Source of the DNA: Stylophora pistillata
Taxonomy: Eukaryota
Assembly (NCBI RefSeq): GCF_002571385.2
Contig: NW_019217911.1
Location: forward strand, 1-64,000
Length of the DNA stretch: 64,000 nucleotides
Direction: 5' to 3'
Part shown: positions 49,764 through 63,029 of the stretch, piece by piece
How positions within the stretch are numbered: position 1 is the stretch's first letter
How the letters are laid out: each line of letters opens with the position of its first letter
Position numbers and translations under genes: made by a program
Notes under the pieces: generated by a model
Seen by the model: only the letters and a program-made list of their open reading frames with translations
What the model was told of the DNA's origin: nothing
The model's database searches: none

Positions 49764-50722
49764 TTATTAGCGCAAGGGCGAGTCTCACACTCGCGTCAAG
49801 CACGTGTCAAACGCATGCTCTTCTTCTTCACCCCCGCTTCACGCTCGCTTCACGCTCACCTGAATATGCAAACTCTAAATGCGATCCAATTGTCCAATAA
49901 CGCGTTTTTCCTTAAAAGATATAAGTCAGGTTCTTCATCGTTTTAACCCAGCCATGAAAGATTTACAAGAGCGTTCTTTTTACTATTTTATTCTTATATT
50001 TGAATAGCATGCACACGAAAGTTGTTTTTAAGAGGCTCTGGTTTTGCCAGGGTAATCCTCTATGCCTAAAAAAGTAACACTGCTTGCTGAGAAATCATTG
50101 AGCTTTCGTTTGACACTACATTTATGGATCAGACACACAATACCAAATTTAATAACATCAATCTGTCAAAGAGCTGGTCTTTAACGAGCCTATTTTGAGG
50201 TTATTTGAAAATATCTATATGAGTGCATAAAAAATTACCAGGAGAGATTCCCAGCTTTTTAGCGTATTCGGCCTTTGGCAGTGCGGCGGAACGTAGAGGT
50301 CTTTAGGGGAATTTAATTACATTAGGCAAGATACGATGCGGAATTCTCTGCCATTTTAACGGAGTCACGTAAAAAAAAACCTACTTAAAATGTTGCTATA
50401 AAAATCTCAAGAGGCATAGTTGTTTTTAACTCGTTTGGCAGAGAAGCCCGATCCTTTCAAAGCTCAACAAAATGTAGTGCGTCTTCCTCATTCAGTTCGT
50501 GGGAATTTCCACCATGCCGTAAATGGCTTAAGACACAATGACGGTTCAAAGACATCAATCACGACTCTTGAGCACAGTGGAGGCACTCATGATATCTCGA
50601 AAGGAAGCCGTTTCAAGTTTTGTTGCAAACAACAAGTTCAAGAGCGATAAGCTTTAAGTGACCACTAGTGAACTTTTTTTTTCTTTTTTGTCTTTTTTTT
50701 TTTGTTTACAGGACCTTGAAGA

Positions 50723-51353
50723 ATGGCTAAAATTGGATTGATTATTGTTCCTTTACTCTTGTTGTCCATCGCGAGTCTTGGTAAGATTTCCCAAAATGCA
50801 AATCTTGAACATTTTAGAGTGTGGTAAACAGGGAGCAGGAGCCAGGAGGAGTGTTTGGGATAAGAAGGGAAAAAGAATGTGACCGAAGCCACATCATTAC
50901 GAGAGATATACCCCAACGCTAGCACTATTACTGAAAACCCAAATCCCCGATGTTCTTGTCGCTAACAAATTCATTTTCTTAATTATTATTTCAGTGCAGT
51001 GCAGATCTGCAAAAATCTGTGACTCGGAGTCAGAAGTGCAGCACCTTGCCACAACCGGAAGACCTTTGGGAGCCGCATGGTCAGAAACAGTGCAAATAAC
51101 AACGGGTTATCCCAATGACCCGGGCAGGAAAACTCAATGTAGATATCGATGCAGACGATCTTGCATAAGTTCGTTCAAATGGAAAGGCTGCATAGCCTTC
51201 GCATCAAAAGTTACAGCTGGTTACAGTTCAAGTTGCCATTGCTGGGGATACAAATCACTGCCCTCGTTCGGACCTGACGTCTCAATTGGAAGCGCCACTT
51301 ACTTAGACGGGTGGTGCGTGGCGGAATTTTTCAGCAGTGAGATGACGCTGTGA
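50723..51353 (+). CDS. Secreted small cysteine-rich protein (138 aa); exons 50723-50780, 50995-51353
   Basis: Signal peptide exon MAKIGLIIVPLLLLSIASL with donor G|GTAAGA (phase 1) and acceptor tttcAG at 50993-50994, in frame with ORF 50994-51353. Eight Cys follow the VQC cleavage region. A probable UTR exon donor lies at 48919. Confidence 0.8.
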
Positions 51354-51992
51354 GTGCGTAGACCCCAGTCTTCGCTGTCCCGTAGATGTCGGCAAGGCTT
51401 CTCCGCTGCCAGCTTAATATTCTAGTGTATTGATTTAGGCATAACAAGTGATTCGTGTAATAAATTTGTCGTGATAATTGAGTTTGGAATTGATTAGATT
51501 TGCCTTTGTTCTGCATCACAGTTTAACTATTAAGAGCGTGTCCACGAGAAAACCGGGCAGGGGCGATAAAGCTCAAATCGCCCATTTGGCTCAAACTTGG
51601 CACAAATGCTAAATATCATGAAGTAACAAACGTGTGAAAATAATAACTTAAGAAAACTCGAACTTTACAAGAAATCTCCCAGAGAGTGTCGTTTAAACAT
51701 GAACGAGGAGAGAATCTTTGAATAGCACAAGTTGAGCCCATTTTGAAAACTTTTTTCGCAGCCATATTTGGATTATGCTCGAGTAAACGCAGCAGTTGAT
51801 GATGAACATCTATTCAATGGCGCTTGTAGTCGAACTTCCTCACAAAAGAAATCTAGGAGGAGACTTGATAGTACATACGTCTCTGTGGTGCCTCAGTTGC
51901 AACTTTTGGCTCGATATCATTTGTTAGAGAAGTAGCCATTATGCCAACAATGTACCAGATTCGATTTGCTTCGTTGCCTTGCTGAAATAATA

Positions 51993-52357
51993 GGGACCTT
52001 AAGAAACCACGACGGCGACGGGAACGAGGACGTGGAAAAACAAGAGATCTAATTGGCAGAACAATAGTTCAGCACGTGCATTTTGAAACTTTGTACATTT
52101 CTTAGCCGTCCTTTGCAAAACAACAACTTGAAATCGCCAAAATTTGCGTCGTCTGCGAACCGAAACCGCGACGGCAAATTATTTTAATTTCAATTTGGAA
52201 CTCAACGGCTACTTTATAAGTCATGCTGAGGTTGAGCTGTGGCGCTGTATGAGACAGTAAGCTCCTGCAGCCATTTTTGAAATTCTAACTAAGAGTAGAA
52301 ATTCATTTTTTAATCGAAGTCTTCCTTGGCGTCGCCGTCGTGGTTTCTTCAAGTCAC
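51993..52357. mobile_element. PIF/Harbinger-like MITE, related subfamily
   Basis: GGGACCTTAAGAAACCACGACGGCGACG ... CGTCGCCGTCGTGGTTTCTTCAAGTCAC imperfect TIRs in a TAA/ATA context. Confidence 0.75.
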
Positions 52358-53928
52358 TAATAAACGCGATGAGAGCTCTGGGATTGATCGATCGAAATTA
52401 TTGGTTTTTTTACTGCGTGATGCTTATCGACTTACATGATGTGTGTTCCTGACAAAAAGATAATTTAATGCCCTGGAAGCTGATGTAAATCAAAAGGACA
52501 AACCGCCATCGTTGCTCACATCGCGCCTGCAATTTTGTTCAGCGGTCAGCTTTGACATTAATTTAGCATGTTGTGGTTTTAGTCTACAAAGTTTAAAATG
52601 TAACAAAGATTTACGGCTACCAAAATATTTGACTTGCTATTTGTTAAGTTTGAGATAGTTACTGGTTCACCGAAAAACAAATAAGCCGGCGATATGTTGG
52701 TCGCCAACCGACCCAAGGAATTAAAAAGAAAAAAATGTTTAAAAAACTGACACGTTTGTAGAAATCAATTACACATTTTATCCGAGGTTTTCTGCTGATG
52801 TAATCTCGTGCTGTCTATCAGATCATATCTGACTTTTCGTCAAGACGTACCTTAGAAATTGCTCCCTGTAGCCTTACCGACTACTGACTCCTCCCTAAAA
52901 AGGAAAACTCGCCTAAATTATATTTTTATCGTAGTTTGCATTCATTAAAGAAGTAGCGTGCGCACGAAATTTTTCCGAAGGAAACCCGCGAAAATGAAAA
53001 GTAACCCTAAGTCTTGGATATAGGTACAATGAATATATGAAGTTCATATATTCGTGCATCATACGTATCTTGGATATAATATATCTTCCTTTACTAAAAA
53101 TAAAGATTGCTGATTTCCAAACACAGACAATGTTGGAAGGTTGCTAAAGGATCACTAGATCCCGTGGTAAACTAGTTCTTTTAGTTTCTCTGTCTTCATG
53201 ATCGCCGGAAATATTATTGAGCGGTCGAGCGTGTATGTTATATAACCTGTTACAATGTGGCCGGGGCAGAGAGGCTGCCGGAATATATTATGCACTCCGA
53301 GGCCGATATTACAAAAGACAGCAAGAGATTACATATCAAATGTCTTTGCCATTATTAAAACACATATACAAAAAAGTACAAAACATCATTAATATCCGCT
53401 TTTCGAAATTTCAAAAAGTTTAATAATATAATGATATCTATAATAATAATAACAATAATAATAAATTATAATTTATATAGCGCTTAGCAAGCCTCTAAGC
53501 GCTTAACAATGTTTTCCGGGGGACTTAACAGACTGCTTGCAGAAGTTTACAATTTTTTTGTGAAGAACAATTTAACAGATGCCCCTTATTTCAGTAAACA
53601 GGCCAGACCACAACTCTTTGCGATAAATGTGTGGGTTCTTTAACGTCCCCTGCTAACCAGCACAGAGAAGATGCGGGAGACGGGGCGTGCGGTTTTTTCG
53701 TCCTTATCTGAGAACGAATTTATTAGGATTTAACTTTTATATCTATTTTTAGTGTAATTTCAGAGCTGAGCAAAAAGTTTCCAGCAATCTGATTGGTCGA
53801 GCGGTTCCTTATATAACGCTATATAAACCGCTCCACGCGGTTTATATAAAATGTTAAAATAAAATGTTAATAGATGTTACTAAAATGTTATGATTTTAGA
53901 AATTTCTCTGTTGTTCAGCTCTGAAATT

Positions 53929-54046
53929 ATACTAAAACAATTAATCGCCTCAGGTTCGGTGAATATTGTCGAATAACCCCCTCGACTTCGTCTCAGGGAT
54001 TATTCGACGATATTCACCTCGCCTTCGGCGAATAATTGTTAAGTAT
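53929..54046. repeat. Long imperfect palindrome (hairpin repeat), end of a larger composite repeat ~53200-54046
   Basis: AACAATTAATCGCC..GGTGAATATTGTCGAATAA / TTATTCGACGATATTCACC..GGCGAATAATTGTT. A second inverted pair lies at ~53748-53780 / 53900-53937. Confidence 0.75.
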
Positions 54047-57000
54047 CTATATTTTGCGGAAGTTTTTAATGCTATCGTAATTCAACTATTCGCGTCTCTC
54101 ATGAATTTGGGTTTTTGACTTTTATTATGTTATCTTTGTGTTCATAGTTTGTGATTTTATTTCCCGAGGGCCACAAGTTTATGAGCCTTTGGGTATGAAA
54201 TGTTAACCCTTTTTAAATGAAGTCTTTATAATTATTATATTATTATAACGGTTCGAAAACTGTCTTCTAGGTAAGACAAAAGATCGACTATGGGAGCCCC
54301 AGTTTTGAAAATAACTCAGTTTCGTGGACGCACTCAATAACTCATTTCACATACAGGGATCTCCTCAGTTGTTTGCCCAGCAAATCAGAACTGAACAATT
54401 TTACATGCATGTTATTCGCTAAGACAGCCCCAATGTGTCCCCTAAATAGCGAGTTCGTTTCTGTCTTGTATTCTTATGGAAAAGCAGATATGTCGAGATA
54501 TATGACGGAGAATCGGAGATCCAGCACCTTTACACAACCGGACCACCACCGTGCGAGGCCAGGTATAGAAAAACTCCCCAAATTACGACGGGTTACCACA
54601 GTGCTCCAGCTAGGAAAACATCATGTAAATACCACTGCGAAAGGTTGTGCACAAGTTCTTTCACATGAAATGGCGGATGCATAGCCTTCACTTCGGGGGT
54701 AGAAAAGGGTTGCGCTTCGAGTTGTTATTGCAAAGGATATGTTTTTATGCCTTCTTCGAGCCTGACGTCGGGAAAAGTAAAGGCGGTAACTTCCTAAATG
54801 GGTAGTATATGGCGCCATTTTTCGAAAGCAATAACACGTTTTAAGCGCCAAGAGTCCAGTCCTCCCTGCTTTGCAGATGTTCGATAAAAACTTTTGCTGC
54901 CAACTTATCAAGTGTATGAACTTTTTTGTAGCATAGATATTGACGTGATAACTTTGTCATGATAGTAAAATGAGTTCTAAGGTATGGTCAGGAATGACTA
55001 CCATTCAAGTTTAGAATAAAATGGTGTGTTTTTTAAACATTACACTTGATGTTGGTTTGATACCTGAGCTAAGAAAGGTTGAGTAAGAATTGTCTGACTG
55101 ACTGATTGTTGACTGATTGACTGACTGACTAACTGACTGCAAGCGGGCCTGCTCGTTTAATCTAGTTTTAATGGCCCCCCTCCCCCGAAAAAACCCGCCA
55201 TCCGGAACTAACTGAGAGCCTAAAACAAGCTATTAGTAAAGTGTTAAGAATTTCGTCTGGGTGTCTGGGGGTTATGTCATAAGAAATTAAGAAATTCTAT
55301 TTTAGCCAGAAGTTTATTCGTCAAGCCTTATGTCTGTTCTATAAGGGACGATTAAAGAGCAAATGTTCGAAATGCATTTGTTTTCGCAATTTTGTACAGA
55401 AGGTAGATATTGTACCAGCGAGTCTTCTTTTGAACTTTTGAATAAAAAAGGAGATTGGGCCGTTTTTTTCTGTTTTAACTGTTCTAATGCACAACATTCG
55501 TAATTGTTTACTTTCATTAATGCAAAAAAATGTCTTCATTTCCTAGGTTGTGCACTCATCAGCGACATGAATGGTGGGTTAATTTTTGACGTGAAATTAA
55601 TTACAGTGAACTCGAAAAGGACCATGTGTATTGCGCTGTGCGGAGAAACTTGAGAACTTTAAGGTAATGTTGCGGGTAAAAAATCAAAGATTAATCAGTC
55701 AAAAAATGCTAAAACTAAGATGAAAAGTGTAGAAACTTATCAACGATCAATTCACGCTTTGTGTACAAGGAAAACCAAAGTCAAGTCAAGTCTATCGGTT
55801 TCATTGAGAGCGAAATAGGCCAGATGGCATTAAAAACAATCTTTTGATCATGCTAATAACAGAACGGATCCTTCAGACAAATGGGCGTCTCAAAGATAAT
55901 CAACAAACAAAAAATCATCTGAGGAAAGATTGAAAAAAGTTTCCCCAAACGTACAGAAATGAAAAGGAAGAATGTTACTAACGCAATCACATACCAAGTA
56001 TTGATTGAAATACTTGGGGCCGCAAAGTTCCGAGTCCCTCGACTTTTTCCCATGATACAGCTCCTCTAAAAGCGAATATTTCCAATAATTGATTATGTCT
56101 ACTTAACCAATCAAGAGAGCCTTCATCAAAAGCTCTTTTTCACCTGCTGTTATTGTTTTGGTTCTCGTATGAAAAGTTGTTTCGCGCGTGTGGTAGCTTA
56201 TGCCACGCGACGTGACGAATACGGATTTATGTTTCTTACCAAAAGATTTACCTGTAAAAGGAATTGATCCTAAAAACCCTAAGCTTATTTTAGAGTTGAT
56301 CACACCAGCAGACCTGAAAGCCCTTTTGTGATCGTTCGAGGTGAGGAATTTTGACATGGCTTCACATTAGATTATATTTTCGTTTTAGCACTCAGCCGTT
56401 TGGTGAGCATTGAAGAGTTTTATCCCGACAACAACAGCAAGTAGGATAAAAAAATGAACAATTATTATAACCCTCTTCCTATAATCTGCCGTTGATCAAC
56501 TCCGTAGAAAAATTACAAAAAAAATATCTCGTTCACGGTAAGTGCGGATGTTTTCATTTTCAAGTAAGAAAACGGTTGAAAGCAGACGACAAGGAGTTCA
56601 ACTTTTGTCACGCTTTTACCATCTGTGGTAAGCGTTCTGCATAACCTTTTCAGTCCTTCTAGCTTTGGTTCAAAGAAACGGCAATAAGTTCATCAGTACT
56701 GAAAGTTAAAATCAAAAATAAAGCTTTCTGGATTATACGACGTTTTTCAGGATCATCTTTCAAAGCCGACGCTCTTACTTTATCGAAGAGTCAGTAAATC
56801 AGCGATACTAAGAAAGACACTTTTACTGAGTTACATGAAAGAAACCAATGATGCAAAAGTTTTACTTCTATTATTATTTTTTCCTTTGCAAAAATTATTT
56901 TGCATCAATTCAAAATCCTAAACAACGTGTTTGATGGTGTAATGAAACGGCGAGTTACAGGGTGAATTTTTCGAAAATAATAGCAAACTTGGAACTTTAG

Positions 57001-57850
57001 AAAATGATATCTCACCTATTTAGTAAAGCAAAGATTGCATTTGTTAATTTATTTATTCTAGGAAGCATGGTCTAAACATCAGAAGAAGACGCAGAAATAT
57101 TGAATACTTAGTCCAATTTCCTTACGCCTGTCAAATATGCAAAACTGTCATGTGAACCACAAAAAAGCGAAGTTCATTCGGTGAACATAGACGCTTGAAT
57201 CGAAGCGGGTCTTCCTTGAACGAAAATTTTGCGATCTTCCTGGCTTGAGTTGGTCACTCTTGACCATTTTTCACTGAAACTTATTTTGTAAAGTAAAAGG
57301 ATCGAAAAAGTGAATTAAAAATGATCAAAGACAACATACTGAAATGGCCGGCTTAGAATATCACTCACACAGATAAGCGGTAATAGTTTATTAATTAATT
57401 CCAACTCATTGTCAGAAGTTTTTTTAAAACAAAGCAGAAGAATTGTTTTGTTTTAAAAGTAATGCCGCAGTTGAACAAACAACTCTTATGTTTTCTTCTG
57501 TCTGTACATGTCTTGTCCGATAAATAGATGTTTGCTTATTTTCTGCCATCTCATCTATGAGAGCGTGATTATAAGCCCAGCTGCCATACTGCTGTATTGT
57601 GTTGTTCATCAGTTCCAAGCTCCAGGTCTCACTCCCTCTGTAAACGAGCCAAAAGTGGAGCAAAACAATGCCCAGCGGTTGTCGGGAAACGGCAGCAGCT
57701 TTTATTTCACACCATTTTTTGCCCGGCTATTCTGTCACTTGTTTCCGCTGACCGTGGGCCTGGCTTTAGCCGTGTTCTTAAAAAAGTGACATTCGTTAAC
57801 TATGTCGATCTGTTCTCTCGCCCAGGTTTGACATCAGAACGTCGGCGAGC

Positions 57851-60339
57851 ATGTGTAATACTGTCGGCATAGTCCTCTTGGCAACTGTTGTAACTCTTTC
57901 CGCCCAGGAACAGGTGTTAGGTTTGTACTACAAATGCTTTATACCTTTTACAAAGTGCGACGTTCAAACCTTGAAAAATTCAGTATTTTTATTTGTGCAT
58001 CTCAATTTACTGAGACATCAAAATACGCACCAGCTGAAAGCTGCATCAGCCAGCTAAATATACTGAATTACATGTTCATTGCTTTCTATATCAAACGATT
58101 GGAGAACTCACCTTTGGTCGTGAGATCGTCGATAGATAGCTCACTGAACTGATATTAATTTTTCGCGTTTTGAATGAGTCGGAGGCAATCACAAGGTGAG
58201 CGTGAAAGGTTAGTCACGTGCGAGGGGTAGGAACGCGTAAAAAACGCACTCCTCGCGTCGCGCTTTCCTCCCCCTTGCCTGCCTCTGCCCGCCCGAAAAA
58301 CCCAAAAAAAAAAAATTAATAGATAAATAAAATAACGACAAAATCTAGGGTGGGGAAATGAATTAACAGAAAGACAAACAGGCTAGATAGCCCAGTCATT
58401 TCATTTTTCTGATATTTTCAAGTCTAGGTCATAACTAAATTACACAAAATTTTAATAATATGTGCTCAACAAGTATTATGAATTAATTTTCGGTCAATGT
58501 GTTCCTAGATCCCGAGTGCGGTGCCAGGTATATCTCGAACGACATTGAGGCTAAGCGGATCGTTGGAGGCCAGATCAGTTCACCTGGGGCGTGGCCCTGG
58601 CAAGTGGCTCTATTGCAGAACAACACACAGATGTGCGGAGGTTCGCTTGTTTCACCAGACTGGGTTGTCTCCGCTTCACATTGTTTTGTGGGTTAGTTTA
58701 AGAGTATTATTATACAGTGGACCTGTTACTGTGAAATGAACCTGTATTCAGTGGGCCACTTTATAAAAAACGCATACGCGAGGTCATTCAACATCCTAGG
58801 CGCCATGCACAAGGACACGAAAAGCTATCTTGCTGATAAATTTGTACGAAGCCAACAGACTACGTGAAAAAAAGAGGCAATAAAATCACAAAACACCGCT
58901 CATCCCAGTTTGCACTGATCGGGGAACATTTGGGTAGAAATCAAGTACAAGATACTCCCGAGCGACTTTTCCAGCAAAAACAATTCTTCATCTCACTCAT
59001 CGAGAATTAAGGGTTTTAGTATCTCGAACTATATTAGGTCTAATACGGGAGGAAATTTTAAATTTAGTTCTCTTAGTAAGTTCCTTAGAATGGAGTTTAT
59101 TTTCCTAGATTAATGTAGTTTCACTTGTCCATTCCTTACGGGCAGATCTCGTACATGATTCAAAACAACTGAAAGCAAAAGTATCCTTGATATATTAGCA
59201 AGCTCGTATTTTACACTTCCTCGTTACAGGTACTGGATTGTCTAAGGATCCCAAGGACTGGACAGTAACTTTGGGAGAACATCATCTAAAAACCGAAGAC
59301 TGGTTTGAGCAAGCTAGAAAAGTAAAAGCCATTTACCTTCACCCGCAGTATAAAACTTCTGCCAACGAAGTCAGTGATAATGAATTAAAATCAATCCCAC
59401 CAGATTACGATGTTGGTGAGTGTTGCAACGTCTTCCAAAGGTTTCCTAGTTTCCAATCTCCGCGAGGCATTAGCATTTTTTAGACAAGTTTTCGTGCCCT
59501 TTAAGCAGGAGTCTCTGAGTCGTTTCGTACAAGTATCCTAACCCTTTTCAGGATTACGCTCACACGGACGATCAGACTGCATGATCAAAAGTAAGCGTCT
59601 TCTTGTTAACGTAGTTCTAAATTCTGAACTTTTCTTTAAAAAAGAACTCATCATTCATAATTTTTGAACGATCACGTATACAGTGGCCAATGCTTACCAG
59701 GTAAGACAGAAAATGGCACAGATTCCTTTTTGAAATTCCGCACTTGTGAAAAGCTACTTAATAGAATATGGATGGGTTTTTTAAGGGATATTATCCTGGA
59801 GACACCTATCTGAATAGTAGAAATAACTACCAAGCAACCGATACCGTACAACGAAATTCATACTGTGCATTTTTCTATCATGTTTTGCAGCTGTCTTGCA
59901 TCTTAAAACTCCCGCCATTTTAGACAACTTTGTGTCCCCGATCTGCCTCCTTCCTCCAGGCTTCAAGTTCCCCGCAGGCAAGGAGTGTTATGTCAGTGGC
60001 TGGGGTCACACCCAGTGGAGAGGACCGAAGCCAGACGTTCTGAGGGAGGGGAGGGTAAAACTTGTACATCCGGACAAATGCAACTCAGAGGAATCCTACA
60101 ACGGAGCCATACACAACAGAGCACTGTGTGCTGGATTCGAGAAAGGCGGAGTTGACGCATGCCAGTATGACAGTGGTGGACCGCTGGCCTGTGAAGAAGA
60201 AGGGCTCTGGTATCTGACTGGGGTAGTTTCCTGGGGACATAAATGCGGTGACCCCCACAAGTATGGGGTGTACGCTGACATGGAGGTGATGACAGAATGG
60301 GTCAGAGAAATTATCAGTCAAGCAGAGAGTACAATTTAA
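57851..60339 (+). CDS. Secreted trypsin-like serine protease (S1A), ~295 aa; exons 57851-57920, 58509-58691, 59230-59415, 59891-60339
   Basis: Signal peptide, activation site KR|IVGG, WPWQV, CGGSL, triad SASHC / DYDVA / YDSGGP, S1 Asp in VDAC, GVVSWG..C. All introns are phase 1. The first exon is less certain. Confidence 0.92.
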
Positions 60340-61639
60340 TCACACTAGATACTATAAAAGTAAAGTCAATAAGAATATAACCAATTTTGAAATTAGAAGA
60401 AATTTGAAAAATAAACAGCTAGGAAATGGATGTTAAACTTAAAATCTGACTGAAGTTGTTAGATCATGGACTTAAAATTACTCTCGTACAGACTGGATCG
60501 GTTGTTTTTGGGCATGGGAGGAGGGGGTTGTTACAATTCTTTGAAAAAAGGGGATCGTGAAAGGAGACTAAATATACTGAGACGTCCCCCATAACCATAA
60601 AAGGAGTATCTCTATTTTTTTTCCAAAGATTTCCCCTAAAAAGAGCAGAAATAATTATCACGTGAAGCGAAATTGATCACCAGATATTTGAGCTCAGTCC
60701 AAGTGGCTGACTACGATAAGCTATTCGACCCACGCAAATTAAATGGTCCAGAGTACGGAAAATAACAACAATGTATCAAGCGAGAGTGCCAGAGCGGGAA
60801 TTGAAGGAAACTTTTTAAATGTTTGAGCATCCATACGCTCTAGGAACAGAAAAGAGATACTTCAAATAATTTACTGTGCTCCACTAATCTACAAGTGTCA
60901 AACTGTCCATGGAACAAATTCAATGTTCCTGGATCAAGCTTAAAGTGAATAAGACCTAAACGTCAGTACAATTAAGACCTAAACGTCAGTGCAAAAAGCA
61001 ACTGGAACTAGAAGATCGAAGTGATTAACATCATTGCACACGACTTACTTTGCCCATTTCTAAAACTCCAAACATCCTCCCTTTCAAAACAAGGGTGAGT
61101 AAACAGTAAGCTTTGCACCTGACCTCGTTTTAAAATAGAGGCTTCAGATATCATAGATAGGGTCATAATATTCTACTAAAGAATATTTATTGTATTCTTT
61201 TAGCACATCCAATACTAGTACATATCCTAAACCTGCAGTGAAAAATAAACAATTCCCACACGAAATGCCAATTTGCCAAAGTAATATGCAAATTCCTCGT
61301 GAATCATCGAATCGATGCAATCCCAGCCATTACACACCTAAGGTTCAAAGAACGCCAAAGCAAAGAATGCAACTGAATTAGAAGGAATATTGGAACTAAT
61401 CCTGGATCCTTCAATGAGCCAGTATCCGTGGAAGACAAATTCGTTTGACTCTTGGGAAAATGTTTGGATCGAATAAGTCTAAACGCAAGAGAACGCTCTG
61501 ATGTACACATGCGCCGCCTGATAACTGGACACATTTACAGTTAACTTAGCGGACATGAAATAAAAATCTGGCTCACGTCCCAACGGGAGGAGTGCAGGAA
61601 TCATTGTGATTACTTTTTTTTTAAGGGCAGATTGCCTAA

Positions 61640-62240
61640 AGTATTAAGGTTTGATAGCAAATTAAAGCTATAGATAGACAAGTTCAAAACATGGAACTTT
61701 GTTGCCCTGTTACTGTAGCAAGGAGGAATTTAGTCTGTTTGAAAGTTTATTAAAATCGCAAACAAAAATTACGTGATGCTTGCGAACGTTTCTAAGACGG
61801 ACACACTCTCCTGGCGTTCCCAAGGGTGCCTTTTGTTTCACTGTTATGCAAAGATAAAATGGAAAATGACAACGGGTAGTAAATAGAATAAGAAAGATGG
61901 TAAATTTTTAGCTCTAGCGAAATATAGAGAGATATTTTTCGTCTTGTCACGGGCGTTGGACAAAGAAAAAATTTTCAATCCACGTTGGATAGATAAGGCA
62001 AAAGGTTACCGGCAAATTAAAACTTTGGATAGACTGGTTCAAAACATGGAGTTTTGTTATCATGCTACCAAAGTGGAGAGGGATTTTAGAGTGTTTGAAA
62101 TTACCTTAAGATTGCGATCAGAAATCTCGTGATCTTTAAGAACCTTTCTAAGACAGACACACTCCGAATGAGGTCTCGAGGGTGCTTAGGAAAGGTGTCA
62201 CTGCTATGCAAAGACTAATAAAAGTGAGAAATTACAATGA
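61640..62240. repeat. Two diverged ~230-bp direct repeats (~61640-61875 and ~61995-62240) separated by a SINE tail fragment
   Basis: Shared blocks GCAAATTAAA..GATAGAC..GTTCAAAACATGGA, TTTCTAAGAC.GACACACTC and TCACTG.TATGCAAAGA. Confidence 0.7.
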
Positions 62241-62461
62241 AAGGCAAAGCGCTACAATTAAATCTCCTAACTGTTCTAAATCAAGCAGGCAGTGCATAGT
62301 AAATTAGTTTGTGTTTATCCTTCGAGGGGTAAACGTATCCTTGCCGCATATCTCCAGTGAAGGTACTGCTCAGATTTTCAGCTCCAATGAGGTTAGGTTT
62401 ATCTGTTGACATGAACGACTTACTGTCGAACCAACTACCTGGTGCGTTAATAATAACCTCC

Positions 62462-62650
62462 TCCTGGTTAGCTCAATGGATAGAGCGCTGGACTGTTGTG
62501 CGGGAGGTCGAGGGTTCGAGTCCCGGCCGGACCAACACTCAGGGTCTTAAAATAATTGAGAAGAATTTTCTACCTTTCTATAACATCAAGAAATGGTTAG
62601 ATATTCTAGTCTTCTCGGATAGGGACGAATAAATGGAAGTCCCGTCTCCT
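62462..62650 (+). mobile_element. tRNA-derived SINE (third family)
   Basis: A box TAGCTCAATGG and B box GGTTCGAGTCC, followed by non-tRNA body ACCAACACTCAGGGTCTTAAAATAA...GTCTTCTCGGATA. No canonical anticodon arm or terminator. Confidence 0.7.
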
Positions 62651-63029
62651 GCAGGGTTAGGGGTAGGAAACGTTAATTTCTCACACACGAGATTACTGTA
62701 TGGTGGATGTCCTCCCCTGGGGTGGGACGGGTGAGAGGATGGACTAGCACGAATGGTTCCTATGTTCCTTTCTTGTCCTTCCCCACTGCAAAAAACTTAA
62801 TGCAGTGAAAATGGACTAAACTAAATTAAATTAAATTATAATCATGTTCATATCAGTCTAACTGAGGTTTAAGAAATTCTATTTGAGAAAATCTCGAGTC
62901 CATGATCAACTTTGCTGCCACACCCAGTCCGCACTCAGACCAAATTTTCTCTTTTTAAGCTTAAAAGTCGATAAGGTGATCCGTACACGTCTTCTTGGCA
63001 TTTACAAGTTGGTTATTAGCTTATTTTCT

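Noticed and set aside
54373-54911. Overlapping ~100-aa ORFs in a GC-richer patch
   Set aside because: No recognisable domain or consistent splice signals; likely a degraded repeat.
51350-58509. Splicing of the cysteine-rich (PAN-like) exon onto the serine protease to form a plasminogen/kallikrein-like protein
   Set aside because: The GTGAGT at 51350 would be phase 2 while the protease acceptor is phase 1. No bridging exon was found, and the protease has its own signal-peptide exon.
62462-62535. tRNA gene
   Set aside because: The anticodon arm does not fold canonically and it runs into a SINE-type body without an oligo-T terminator.
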